From the human T2T-CHM13v2.0 reference genome, Homo sapiens, in NCBI RefSeq assembly GCF_009914755.1, contig NC_060948.1: 64,000 nucleotides of DNA. One strand, given 5' to 3'. Each line of letters begins with the position of its first letter. Positions within the stretch are counted from its first letter, which is position 1. The notes below the pieces were generated by a model, which searched no databases, was not told where the DNA came from, and was given only the letters and a program-made list of their open reading frames with translations. Below are positions 1 through 13,189 of this stretch, piece after piece. The translations under genes were made by a program, and so were the position numbers.

Positions 1-3000
1 AGGGAAAAAAATTGGATTCCCAACAACAGGCTGCAGCATGGGACATGTTGACTGTGTGGCAAATTGCTCTTGCAGATTTTGTAGGAATAATAGATAAATA
101 TTATCCATCAGAAAAAAATTAGCAATTTTAAAAGTTCAACCTTTCATCTTCCCTGTGATTACTCATCAAAAACACATTTCAGGCAGCCAGACCTATTTTA
201 CTGATGGCTCTTTCAAAGGTCGCACCGCTACTTATGGGCCTAATCCTATTCAAAGAATAAAAATCCCTGGAGTTTCAGCTCAACGCTCAAAACTAATGGC
301 AGTTATTCAGGTTTTACAACTCACTGCTTCATCTCCTATTAACACTGTCTATGATTCAGCCTATGTTGTAATGTAGCCAGTCACATTGAGATTGCCACTA
401 TTTAAGGCATCCTAGAACCAGAGCTGTTTAACTTGTTTCTAAGACTTCAACAAGCCCTTTGCTCTTGTGCTGCTCCTTTTTATATTTCTCATATTTGCTT
501 TCCCACACAACTCTCTACACTATTTCTAGGTAATGATAGAGCAGATAGATTGATTTGTTCTGCATTTCAACAAGCTCAAGCTTCTCATACATTACTGCTT
601 CAAAACCCCTCGGCCTTTATTTGTGTGTTTGATTTGCCTCACAGCCAGGCTGCAGCCTGCGTAAGCCTGTCCTATCTTCCAGCATGTACCTGGAGTCGCA
701 TCTATAGAAGGCTATAACCCATGAGGCTTAGCTCCAAACGAAATCTGACAGATGGATGCTACTCATGAGGCTGCCATTGGCAAGCTCTCCTTTGTTCATG
801 TGATTGTAGACACTTATTCTCATTTGCTGAATGCTACATGCAAAACAGATCAGAGAGCTGGTCATGTACAATGGCATTGTCTGTCATTTGCTCATATGGG
901 GTCCCCAAACAAATAAAAAACTGATAATGGACTCGCTTATGTTAGTTATCATTTAAAAAAAAAAAAACTATAGCTACGTTCAATCACTCATGAATCAGGA
1001 ATTCCTTACAACCCTCAAGGACAAGGAATTATACAGTGGGCAAATCAAACATTACAACATGTGCTGGAAAAACAGAAAGCAAAAATAAGAGACCAGATAC
1101 CACCTCAAACAAAATTATGTTTACTTTTACTTATTTACTTTAATTTTTTCAAATTTATTTGCTTTAAATTTTTTGACTTTTGTCACAGATAGTAAGACTG
1201 TAGCAGAAGGACATTGGTAAATGTTAGAGGGAAAAAGGAGAGTATACTGAAAGGTAGTATGAAATACCCAGAAGAAGGATGATGGACAGGCTCAGTAGAT
1301 TTACTAATGTAAGGAGGAGGGAATGCTTGTGTTTTTGCAGGAGATGGATAAAATGTGTGGGTGCCCTCAAGGTGTTTGTGACCATGGAAAGGGAGACTGG
1401 AGAGAGCCATTTATCCCAACTATGGATGCGGCTCCTCCATTACAAGCCATGAGCCAGCTGAAAGTGCTGGAGTGCCAAGTTCAGGTAAAAACCCCTGACT
1501 TCACGTTTATGGCCATGCTACCTGTAACACCCTGTGCAGTTTGTTTTCCCTGTGCAGAGACAAAAACATATTGGACGTATGTTTCCAATCCCTGAGTATT
1601 ATGGACTGTAATTTGGATTGACAGTCCCCCTGTGATCTATCATGATCATGGAGTGTGGGAACAAGGATACCAAACTCCCCTGACACAGAACAATTAGACT
1701 CTCAGAACAATGATTATCAATTATACTGCTCCATTGCAGGGACTTCTTTTATGTGTCACCCAGAGTACATCACTCAACTGCAGTTGTCTTGCAATTTAAT
1801 CCCAAGCATGGTTGAGTTACTATGGAAAAATTATGTACTTATTAGGCCTTAGCTCTATTAACATTACTGTTATAGCTAATAACCACTCCCAGCCCCATCA
1901 CCCAAGTTGTATTAATTATACAGAATGGGCTTCCTTTGATAATTCTTACCCCCATCATTGGACCCAGTGTCTTGGCACCCTAGCTAGACTAACAGTCCAT
2001 GCTAGTGGGAGACATTATTGACTGGGGACCCTGTGGTCATTTAGATGGGAGAGATGAGAATCCGACCTCGTTGTGAGAACTTCGATGACACTGGTGAAGA
2101 AACTTTAGCAACTCTTCACTACATTGCACTGGAATTCAATCCCAATCTGCAGCATAGCTTGCTTGGCATGGAAGAGGCTTGAGCCCATCTTTGCCTCAAT
2201 GGCATTATCAAGGAAAGAGAAGTCCAATTCAGGAGTCAATAGGGAAGGCAGCACTCCCTTTATGAATGGCAGCATTTGTGTCAGAACACTATTTAATTTT
2301 AGGAATTGTGCTCAACACAGTTTTAATGTTACTTTGGTAGAAAATATTACCAATTTACAATTTGTGTTTTTAAAACTTTTGTTTTTCTAGCAGAAAAAAA
2401 AAAAAAAGTCCAGGTAAATGATGCCCAATTGACTTATGATTCCTGTCAACTGTATCATTCCGTTAATCATAGCACAATACAAACATACAGCATATCCCCC
2501 TTAATAATGCTAGGTCACAATCCAAGATTATGGATTCCTGTAAATCTGTCTGAGATTTGGGTGGCCACCTCTGGTTTACATTTTGTAAACCTTTTTCTTA
2601 CTCAGCTTATGCATTGTGCTTGTAGAGCCTTAGGCATGATAATTTCTGTGAAAGTCTCCTTAGGTATATTAATAACATTTGTTGTGGGGTCCTTAGTAGC
2701 AATGCACAGCTCCATCCAAACAGCTCAATATGTAGAAAATTGGATGTGTACAGCTGACTGGGCATAGGTGTTTAAAATTAAACTTAACACCGAGATACAA
2801 TGGAAGTACCAATGTTAAAGACCACAGTTCTGTGGCTCCGAAAACAAGTACAAAGCTTGTAGTTGCATCAGCAATTGCAGTGTAATTTTAACCAAAATCA
2901 TATTTGTGTAACCAATTTGGAATAAAACCAAAAGAAATATCCATGGAAACTTGTAAAGGCCCATTTACAGGGGGTTTTCACATCCAATGTTACTTTTGAT

Positions 3001-3287
3001 TTTAATGATTTACAAAGTAAAATCCTTAACTTGAATAAGCATGCTGAAGCATTTCAGCCATCTTTAAAAATTTGGGCAGAATTTCAGCAAGGTTTACAGA
3101 GCCTTAACCTTTGGACCTCCTTGAAACAACACCTCAATATCTTTTTTGTGGTTATCAGAGTAATGTTATTATGTCTCTATTTTATGTTGTTTGTCTTTAA
3201 AATCAGCTGGACCACCAAACAGCAATTGAGAGCTGCATAGCCTGCAATTGCCTTTACTCAACTAATGCAAAAACAAAAAGGAAAAGA
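1..3287 (+). mobile_element. Class II (betaretrovirus-like, HERV-K group, probably HML-6/HERVK3) provirus internal region: degraded pol (RNase H, integrase) and env; the 5' part lies upstream of the window
   Basis: ORF 155..376 has RNase H motif YFTDGS. An integrase GIPYNPQGQG-like segment lies at about 998-1027. Env fragments include a basic SU/TM cleavage region followed by a hydrophobic fusion peptide (CACRALGMIIS...; ORF 2429..2767) and a TM anchor (ORF 3031..3240). A polypurine tract AAAAACAAAAAGGAAAAGA precedes the LTR. Many stops and frameshifts. Confidence 0.9.
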
Positions 3288-3715
3288 TGTTGGAGGCCAA
3301 AAGAATGAGGGTCATGACCAACTCAGTAATGACTGGAGGGGCTATAAGCAGACTGTTTTCATGAAAGCAAGACATTGGCAAACTGACACACCACGTCTGG
3401 TACCAGAAGGAATGCTGAGGGCAGTCATTCCTTAAGTGCAATATTCCTTGTTGTTACATGTAGGAACATTTGAAGGCCGTAGTACAAAGAAAGCAATTAT
3501 GTCAGCCTGTGATAAATCAAGCAGCTGAACAACAATTGCCTTTCCTCCCTGCTGATTCTGACTAATAAATACAAAGTCCTGTAGAAGCTCAGGGCCTTTG
3601 CTCACTAGAAGCAATAAGCCCTCTAACCCATGTTTTAGAACAGATCTTTTTGGTCTTTGTCTTCATTTCTGAATTCACCCCCATTCGTTTCATCCGATAG
3701 TAACTGATTATCACA
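3288..3715 (+). mobile_element. 3' LTR of the provirus (LTR3-like, HML-6)
   Basis: Starts TGTTGGAGGCCAAAAGAATGAGGGTC directly after the polypurine tract, contains AATAAA (about 3564) and ends ...TCACA. Family assignment is from recall of the LTR3 consensus. Confidence 0.75.
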
Positions 3716-3930
3716 CTGTCACTACTAAAAATACAAAAAAAAAAAAAAAAAAAAAAACGTGGGCTTGTTGGTAGGCTCATGTAATCCAAGCTATTCAGGA
3801 AGCTGAGGCAGAAGACTCCCTTGAACCCAGGAGACATAGGTTGCACTGGGTTAAAATCACACCTTTGCACCACAGCCTAGTTGACATTGAGACTTCATCT
3901 CAAAAAAAGAAAAAAAAAAAAAAAAGAAAA
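3716..3930 (+). mobile_element. 3' part of an Alu (end of left arm, A-rich linker, right arm, poly-A) interrupted by the provirus
   Basis: CTGTCACTACTAAAAATACAAAA immediately follows the LTR end, then a right-monomer sequence and A tail. Confidence 0.85.
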
Positions 3931-4471
3931 AATGAAACAAAAAATATGATCAGGCTAAGGAAACAAAAATACAAGCCGCAGGCAGAGAAAAATTTAGGAA
4001 ACACATCTGAAAAGTCACTTTTATGCAAAATATACAAAGAAGTAAGATGACCCAATTAATTGATAAAGACCTGAATACATACCTCACCAAAGAAGACATG
4101 GAGATGGAAAACAGACACCCAAAATACTGCTCACTGAGCCCCTGTTATTTCTGCTGAAGCCTGAGGCTCCAAGTCATTTCCTGAGGAGCCAAAGTGGCTG
4201 CCAGAGTGGCAGTGCCTCCAAAGACCACTTACCCCAGCCCTACCTTTCCTCCAGGGTCCAAGGGTTCCCCAGACATTGGGCATGCTCTCCAGGAAACAGC
4301 CAGAAGCTGGATGTTTTATTTCTCAGCTTTTCTTAAAATTCTGGATGCCAATAAGTATACTTTGGTTGGAAGTTTTATTTTTAACGTAACAATTTTGAGG
4401 CACTGATAAGTATTAGAAAAGACAGTTTTCAACCTACACTTGTCTCCCTAAAGAGATAAAATAATTGAGTT

Positions 4472-4750
4472 GGCCAGGCATGGTGGCTCACACCTGTAAT
4501 CCCAGCACTTTGGGAGGCTGAGCCACGTGGGTGTACTTAGGTCAGGTGTTTGAGACCAACCTGGTCAACATGGTGAAAAAAGCTCTCTAATAAAAATATG
4601 AAAAATTAAACAGGAGTGGTGGTGGGCTCCTGTAATCCCAGATACTCAGGAGGCTGAGACAGGATAATTGTGTGAACCTGGGAAGCTGAGGTTACCAGAG
4701 CTGAGATCATACCACTCCAGCCAAGCAGTGGGAACAGAGTGAGACTCCAC

Positions 4751-4785
<35 letters not shown>
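4472..4785 (+). mobile_element. Alu, full length
   Basis: GGCCAGGCATGGTGGCTCACACCTGTAATCCCAGCACTTTGGGAGG start, dimeric structure, long poly-A. Confidence 0.95.
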
Positions 4786-4788
<3 letters not shown>

Positions 4789-5689
4789 TCAATTGTTTTT
4801 TTTTTTGCAGTTATTTTGGAATACTTATTACAATGCATTATTATTTTGATGTTCTCAAGACAGATAACACAGTAAGAGTAGTAAGAAAAACCAAATAGCA
4901 AGTTATTATAAATTCATGGAATTAATTTCATCTGTCATTCTTTCTGTCTTTTATTATTTAAAATGTGTACTGCTGAAATTATCAGACATTTTACTTGTGA
5001 TTTCTAGGTGCAAAAAAGAATAACAGTAAACTATTATTGAATGAATCTCAGTCTTCCAATTGATTCTGATGTAGTGGACTGTTTTGTGAAGGATGAAAAG
5101 CTAACAGACCAAACAAATGTGATTTCAAATTTTGGCTTACTTTGCAGAAGCAGATTTAAGAACCAGAAACTTCATAGTTCTAACCTTTGTCAATGATTCA
5201 GCATTGCAAAATATGTACTGAAATTGAAATGGAGCTTTTTGTGAATTCCAACAGAAACAGTTTGTACTCTAGAAATTCCTGTTGCTCCGTTGACATCCAT
5301 GAAAAAATCACTTGATTGAAAGTGATCTCTAAACAGCAAAGCGTCAAACTAATACACCACAATGTCTTATTAGCTACAGTTCACTATTTTATTTAGTAAC
5401 TATAAGATTAGAAAAAAATAGCAGGATAAATGACTCTTGAGTACTCGCATAATTTTCTTAGTTTTTACCAAGTAGAGCTTACAGTACGTTTTTTACAATT
5501 GGTTTTCTGTGGCACAATACATAGATGCTTTTTGGCAGCAATCATAGATTAATGAACAAACAATTACAAAATAATACTCAACAACAATTGTCATCCAGGG
5601 AAGGCAAATTAAACTAAGAGTGAGAGCACTAACAGCTATAGTATGTCTGAATTTCTTTTTAAATATAATCAAAACTGCAGCAGAAAAAC

Positions 5690-7945
5690 TCATTCATTAC
5701 TGATGGAATGCATATTTGTATAGCAACATTAAAATATGATTGTTTTCTTCTGCCAGTTTGGCAGTTTTTTTCCAACGGTAAACATGGTCTCATCATATAG
5801 GCTAACAATTGCACACTAGGTATTTAGACAACTGATTTGGAAACTCGTCCCTAAACAATAACCACAGGCATTTATGTGTAACTGCTCTCTTGACAATGGC
5901 CAAATACTTTAAGGAATCAGGATGCCCTTCAATATTAACCAGGCCAGGTAAATTCATAAAAGGAAATACTATTCATCAAAAGAAAGGAATGATTTATGAA
6001 GCCATGCAAAGCCATGGATGTATCAGGCATACATAAAGCTAAGTGATAAAAGCTGGTCTGAAGCGATGACATACTGTATGATTTCATTTCTATTACATAA
6101 CAGAGAAGAAATGTCTACAGAGACAGTAAACAGACCTGTAATTTACAGTGGTTTGTAGCGGGTAGATAGTGAGTTGATTAGCAGAATGGAATGATGGAAA
6201 AAAGCACAAATGGGCCAGGTGAGAAGGGACTCATTATGCTTCATGAGATCATGCTGTTCGTGTAGAAGAGCTAGGAGTGTGTATACCAGCATGAATAAAT
6301 AAATAGGATTCTACTCATGATAACAGAGAATTGTCTTCTTTCATCACACATGGAACTATTAGGAGGACTTCTGAGGAAGCTTTTGTTGTATGTGGAAAAA
6401 CATACATAAAAAATTTACCACTCCAAACATTATTGAGTGTATAGTTCAGTGGCATTAACTATGCTCACATTGTGCAACCATCACCACCATTTCACAATCT
6501 CTTCAGCAGTGGATAAGGGTTCCAATTTATCCACAGTCTCAAACTTTTCCTTAAAAAAAAATAGACATTCTAATGGAGATAAAGTGGTTATCTCATTGTG
6601 GTTTAGGTATTCATGTATTAAGTGGCTAGTGATTTTGAACATCTTTTCTTGTGCTTATTGGCTGTGGATTTGTAAATGATTTCATAGCTATATTGAAGAA
6701 TGAACACAAAATAAAAAATAGATCAATTGAACTTCATCAACACTAAACACTTTTGTGCATCAAAGGACACAGTATAGTGGAAAGAAATCTAACAGCATGG
6801 GACAAAATATTTGCAAGTCATATATATATAGTATATATTCAAGTCACCCATTTGGATCTTTTCCAAGTGCACTTTCCATTTTTTCTAACTCTAAAAATTT
6901 TAAGTAAGCATCCATGTTTGCTGTGAAACTTTTCTCAGCCTCTTTTGCTACTTTATTCCCCTCAGTCAAATTCTTTCTTGTGAGGAGGCAAGAGTTGAGG
7001 TTAGTGCAGACCATGATAGATTTGATGCCAGTAACTAAGATACCTTCTACTAGTAACAAGTCAAGGAGCTGGTGGACAGTGTGACTGGAGTACGTGCTTA
7101 GTATGTGGCTGTACTGGCCGAGACAGTTCTGGACTGTGGAGGGACCAGAACCCCATGCTAAGAGCACTCTGTGGAAAGAGAGCTCAGATTGCTGAGAGAA
7201 TGCTGAGGAAGAAATTTTGTCTTTTTAGTGAGGTGAAATTCCTTCACATAATATAAAATTAACTGTTTCTTAATGAATTCTTTAGTAATCCTTAGTACAT
7301 GCACATTTGTGTGCAACTATCACCTTTTAGTTCCAAATTATTTTCATTATCCTAAAAAGAATTACCCTACCTATTAAGGAGCTAATATCCAATCTCTCCT
7401 CTTTCTGATACCTAGCAACCAGTAATCTGCTTTTTAGCTCTATAGATTTATTTATTCTAAATATTTATATAAATAAAATCATGCAGTATGTGAGTTTTGT
7501 GTTCAGCTTCTTAAACCAAAATGATTTTGAATTTTCTTCACATTGTAGCATTAATATTGTAATCCTTTTTACAGCTGAGTATTATGCCATTGTATGGACA
7601 TACGATATTTCACCGCTAATTTTTTGTTGGTGGACATTTATTTGGTTTGTTTCCAGATTTTAGTTACTGTGCATGCTGCTATGAACATATGTATGCACGT
7701 TTTTGTTTGAATATCTGTTTTACATTTTGTGTGTATAGCTTGGAGTGGATTTTGTTGGTTCTATGGTAATTACATATTTAGCCTTTGATGAACTACCAAA
7801 CTATTTTCCACAGCAGCTGTAGCATTTTACTTTCATATTTTCCCTTCCATTTCAACCATTTCAATTGTTACCTTTTTGTTTGTTTGTTTTTTGCAATTAT
7901 AATGGATGTGAAGTGGTATCTTCCTGTGGTTTTGACTTGCATTTC
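5690..7945. mobile_element. Patchwork of old L1M 3'-end fragments in both orientations plus an ERV1-type LTR fragment (about 6845-7050)
   Basis: L1 3' motifs such as GACATACTGTATGATTTCATTT and GATGTGAAGTGGTATCTT...GTGGTTTTGACTTGCATTTC. Boundaries approximate. Confidence 0.6.
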
Positions 7946-9009
7946 ACCGAAGTTAAAATGGGCAGGAGGCATAAGAGTTGGAGGAGTAAGAAAAAGGGTC
8001 AGGACAGCCATGTGGAGAGGATAGGTCAGTGCCAGGGGACATACTGGCTGTTGCAGCCTTTGCCCGGTCTCAGCTCCAGTGGTGAAAGGAAAAGTGAGCC
8101 CATTTATGTAGTGTAAATTTTCTCACAGTCTATGTGTTTCAGGAAGGAGAGCTGATTAGTGATTTGGGGGACTGAGCCCTCTCTTGTCATAGGTCCTCTA
8201 TCATTCAGTCCTCACTGGGCACCTCCCTGGAGACAACCTGGTCTCAGCTCCCAGACACAGGAGAACCTCATGGCCTGGGAGCCTGCCCCCTAATGGACAG
8301 AGGCCTGGAGGGAGGAGCACAGCTGATATGTGTTACAACAAAGAATGTAAAGTACAGAAGTGGACACAACATTTAGTGCAGTCATCCCAGGCCACAGGAA
8401 CCAGGATCACCACTCATGGGACTCAGTCTCCCTCTTTGAGAAAGGAACTGCCACAACCATCAATCTCAACAGCCCTTCCAAGATTTAATAGACCAAACAA
8501 GTTGGAATTCAGCTGATTTTAAATTCTGCTGTCATTCCAGATCTCACACAACCCCTGCACCAGAGACTGGAGTCAGAGTCTGCAAGTTGCTTTCTTCTGC
8601 TGGTGCAGGAGAATGTGCCAAGTTAGTCTCCACTTGTGGCTGGTACACAGAGTGCTTGGCCACCAGCATTTAATTATTTCCACTATTACCTCTAAGGTTT
8701 ACCAAAATGTTTGTGTGGTGTAAGCTGTCACTAAGTTCCCTTCCTTTGGGCCTTCCAGAGACTACTTTGAAACATTTGTCACTCTCAAAAACAAGCTACT
8801 GTGGATTTGGTCGGCTCTTGATTGACATTTAGAAAAGCTGTGGCCTCAGAAGGCAGCTTCCTTCCTGCTCCAAGTCCACTAGGCTGTACAATGAGCAATT
8901 AAGATGTCCCTGATCTCAGATCCAATAAGTTCTGGGTGCAATGTTCAGTCCTCCCTTCTGCAAACCACAGTGATGACATAATACAGTACCCAGCTGCCCA
9001 GTGCCTTTT

Positions 9010-12000
9010 CTAACCCTGTAATTAATCATCACATTAACTTTGACCCACCCCTCTCCCTAATCATAACCCAGAATCCCTAACACTAACAGCAGCCCTAAGC
9101 CACAAACTTGATGCCAACATCAACCCTATGCCTAACTACTCACTAAAACCAAAACCCCAAGTGAAATCCCAACTCAAAATCCCACTCTAACTGCTAAACC
9201 TGAATTTGACCCTGACCTTGATAATAACCCTAACACAAAGGTACCCCAACCATTACATAAACCTGAACTTAAACACTGTCTAAAACCCTAATCCCAAAAC
9301 CCTAACCCTAAGACAAAAACACTTACCATAAACAAAAAACCATATCTCCAAACTTTAAAAGCCCCTAACAACTAACCACAACCCCTATCACATAATCCTG
9401 ACTTCTACCTCTGAAACCTGCCTTCTGAACATGAACATAACACTCACATTAAGTCTGATACTAATTTCTAACCTAAAACCTAAAATTCTTATTACAACCC
9501 TAAGCCTACATCTACCCCAAACCTAAACCTAGCTGTTACATAAAACCCAAACCCTAATCCTAACATTAATCTTTAGCCCAAACCTAACCCTACACCTAAC
9601 CCTAACCCTTAACCCTAAGCCTAAGTACTAACATAAACTGTAGCCCTATTGTTTAACCCCAATCTGTACCCTAATGCCAACCCTAACACTAATTCTAACC
9701 AATAATTGTGATGCTGACTGTAATCATAATACTAAACATAACCTTAACTGCTTAATATAAATTTAAACACTAACCATAACTATAACCTAAAGCATAAACT
9801 ATACCTACCCTAACCATAACAATAACATTAAACAATAATTCTAAACTTAATCCTAATTCAAACACTGTGCCCTATCTATAACACCAACAGACCCACAACC
9901 AAATGCCCAGTGAAAACACAAACACTAACACTAAACTCGAACTCTAACACTAACACTGACACTAACCCTTAATGCTAATTCTATATCCTGAAGCTAACCC
10001 TAACCCTGAATTTTAACCCATACCCTCTAATCCTAAACCTAAAACTTACTCTGATAATCTAAATTTAATCCTTAACCTAAATACTAACTCTAACACTTAA
10101 CCCTAAAACTAACCTTGAAACCTTAACCCAAAGCCAATCTCTTATTTTTATAAGTAATCCTAGTGCTAACAATGAAACACTGAAGAAGTGAACCTAACCA
10201 TAAGCTCAATACATAACCCTACTAATAACACCAATCCTAACTGTAAAGCATAAAACTCAAACTTTAACACTAAAACTAACCTAACACTAAACCTATCACT
10301 AAAAATAAGTCTAAATGATAACTGTAAACCTAAAGCCTAAAACCTAAACATAATCCTAATCCTAAACTATAAACTCTAATCATAACCCATAAACCTAACC
10401 ATAAACCAAGAGCCTAATCCTAAATGCTAAACTAAACCTTAGACCCTAACTGTAACACTAACACTGATGCTAATCCCTAACATTAATCCTAAATCCTAAC
10501 ACTAACTGAAACCCTATTCCTAATCCTTACCCCAAATTCTAACCCTAACTTCAACCCTAACACCAAAACCAAATGTATGCCCTACCAGTAAGCCTAACCC
10601 TAACCCTAACACTAAACATAACCCTTACCACTAATCCTAACCATTTTACCCTTAACTTAACTCTGCCCCTACATGAACACCAACACCAAACGTAAACATA
10701 AACCTTACCTTACACTAAGGAGATAATTCTAAGCCCAAATCCTAACCCTAATTATAACACTAACCCTAAACAATATCCCAAACATTAGCCAAACCGTAAA
10801 CCCTAACTCTAACACTAACACCTAATCCCAAGCCCTACTCTAACCCTAACACTAACCCTAATCCTAATCTTTAAATGAACAATTTAACCATCATCTTAAC
10901 CCTAACTGAACCACAAGCAGGTACCCAGTGTTAAACCATAAATGAACACTAAACCCTAACCCTAAATTTTAACTCTAAACCAAACCTTTTAATCATAACC
11001 CTAACACTGAACATAACACTTACCCTAGTTTTCATCCTCATCCTGAATCCTAAACCTTACCTTAAACCAAACCCTAATGCAAACCCTTACACTACCACCT
11101 ACAACTAAACCTAATTCTAACTATAAAACCCTAAATCCCAAAAACACTGAAGGTAATTTTAACTACATTCCATAACTCTAACACTCACACTAAACACTAC
11201 ACCTAATGCCCTTATCCTAACAGTAAAGCTAACATAATTCTAATATAATCTTAACCTTGGCACTAAACCTAAAAATAACTCTTACACTAAACACTGAACC
11301 TAATCATAACCTTAACCCTAAGTCATAAACCCTAAATCTTAACAGTAGCCCCAGCCCTAAACAAAGCCTTGTAACTCTAATTAAACCTAAACCCTAAACC
11401 TAAACCTAATCTTTGCCCCTAACTCTTGAAAAATCTTAATACTAATACTAACAACCTTAATCGTGACCACCAACCTCAACCTCAATACAAACCCAGCCCT
11501 AACAGTCATGCTAAACCTAAATACAAAGCCCTAACTGTATGCCCAACACTAACACTAACATCTAACCATAAATGTTGAACACTAACCTTAACAGTAACCC
11601 TAAACCCTAACCCTGAATCCTGAATCCTAACCCTAAACATAACCCTAGCCCTATCCTAATGCTAAACACTAACCCAAACACGGAAACCCAACACTAATGC
11701 TCTAAACTTTACCCTCAAGCTAACCCTTAAAACTAACCCTAACCCTGGTCAAGACCATAATTCCTAACTTTTAAATGTAAGCCTATTTTTTTTACCCTAA
11801 ACCTAAGCATAACACAACCCCAAACCTAAACTCTAACCCTGATTATGAACCCTAACCCTAAACTCAACCGTAAACCTAACCCATAAACCTAATGGTAACT
11901 GTAACTCCAACCCTAATCCTCCGGTAGCACTAAATCTTATCTCAGGTCCAGCCCTAACTCTTAATCTAATCCTGAACTTTTCTGCAATTGTAAACCGTAT

Positions 12001-12145
12001 CATAATCCTCCATTTCTATCCTATCCTTAAGGTTACCCCATTATGCTTAAAAAACTGTAAATACGTCCTCTATGACACTAATCTCTAACCCTTAATACCC
12101 ATAAGAGTACAAGAAGTTATCATACCCCTTTCTAACCCTAAATCA
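9010..12145 (+). repeat. Degenerate interstitial telomere-like array, (CCCTAA)n on + strand, about 3.1 kb
   Basis: Nearly G-free + strand with continuous 6-7 bp periodicity (CCCTAA, CACTAA, ACCTAA, TCCTAA, CCTTAA variants). Short exact runs, e.g. CCTAACCCTAACCCTAAC at 10593-10610. Confidence 0.92.
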
Positions 12146-12199
12146 GTATTGAATTAAACTTACGATATCACTAGGAGAAAAAACTAAATGTTACTAAAT

Positions 12200-12640
12200 C
12201 TGATAATTATAGACATCATAATGTTTAATCAAATAACAGTACATGGAATTTGTTACATTGAGAAGACATTATACACCACAATGTTTAAGATCTTTTCTCA
12301 GAAAAGCAATTGTTTTTTTACCATTCTAATGCCATCCCTTTTCAATATATTATGTAAATCAAATGATGGAATACACCACGTTTGTCTCAACTTTTACCAA
12401 AAGTACTTAAAGACAGTCAACATATTTAACATATTTAACAATTAAAACATATTTAACAATTAAAAATCCAATAAAATGTGGTTCACATTTTTTTCACATG
12501 ATAAAATGTCTTTATGAAAAACTCATAACAATCATCATCTAAATTTTTGGGAACCAAAGCTTTCAGATGAGGAACACATCACTGATGCTCAACCGTATTA
12601 AACCCTGTACTAGAAGTTTCAGTGGAACAAGTATATATAT

Positions 12641-12676
<36 letters not shown>

Positions 12677-13180
12677 CTATTCATATGTAAAAGAGAAAAG
12701 TAAAACTACTGACAGATCTCATACACAGAAAACCGTGAGGAACCAACCAGAAATTATGAAATCTAGCAAACAAATTAAGCAAAATAACAGCACAAAATAT
12801 CAACACAAAAAATATTTTCTTTTTGATGGCGTTTTGCTCTCATTACCTACGCTGGAGTCCAAGAGCACTATCTCGCTCACCACGAATTCCATCTCCTGGG
12901 TTCTAGCGGTTCTCTCACATCAGCCTCCTGAGTATCTGGGATTCAGACAGGCCCTACCAAGCCCGGCTAATTTTGTGTTTCTACTAGAGACTGGATTTCT
13001 CCATGCTGTCAGGCTGGTCTCCAACTCCTGACCTCAGGTGATGTGCCCACCTTGGCTTCCTTAAGTGCTGAGATTACAGGCATAAGCCATTGCACCTGGC
13101 CACAAAATCTATTTCTATTCACTAGCATTAAACCACATAAAAGTGAAATTAAGACAACAATTTCATTTCTCAAAAAAACA
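12200..13180 (+). mobile_element. Old L1M ORF2 fragment containing a (CA)n microsatellite (about 12643-12675) and an antisense Alu (about 12820-13100)
   Basis: Degraded ORF2-like segments (ATGATAAAATGTCTTTATGAAAAACTCATAAC; GAAATTAAGACAACAATTTCATTT). Reverse-strand Alu motifs CTCCTGACCTCAGGTGAT and GATTACAGGCATAAGCC. Confidence 0.7.
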
Positions 13181-13189
13181 GAAAGGTGA

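Noticed and set aside
1323-3240. Possible domesticated retroviral env gene
   Set aside because: Env is fragmented into ORFs of at most 112 aa across different frames.
5180-5300. Faint resemblance of a minus-strand peptide (MDVNGATGIS...KLHFNF) to the XKR3/XKRY N-terminus
   Set aside because: Too few identities to distinguish from chance without an alignment.
7950-9000. GC-richer unique segment next to the telomere-like array as possible TAR1 or gene exons
   Set aside because: No TAR1 or coding similarity that I can recognise; left unassigned.
9010-12145. CRISPR-like array, true telomere or telomere-fusion site
   Set aside because: No repeat-spacer structure and the DNA is eukaryotic; the array is internal, highly degenerate and of one polarity.
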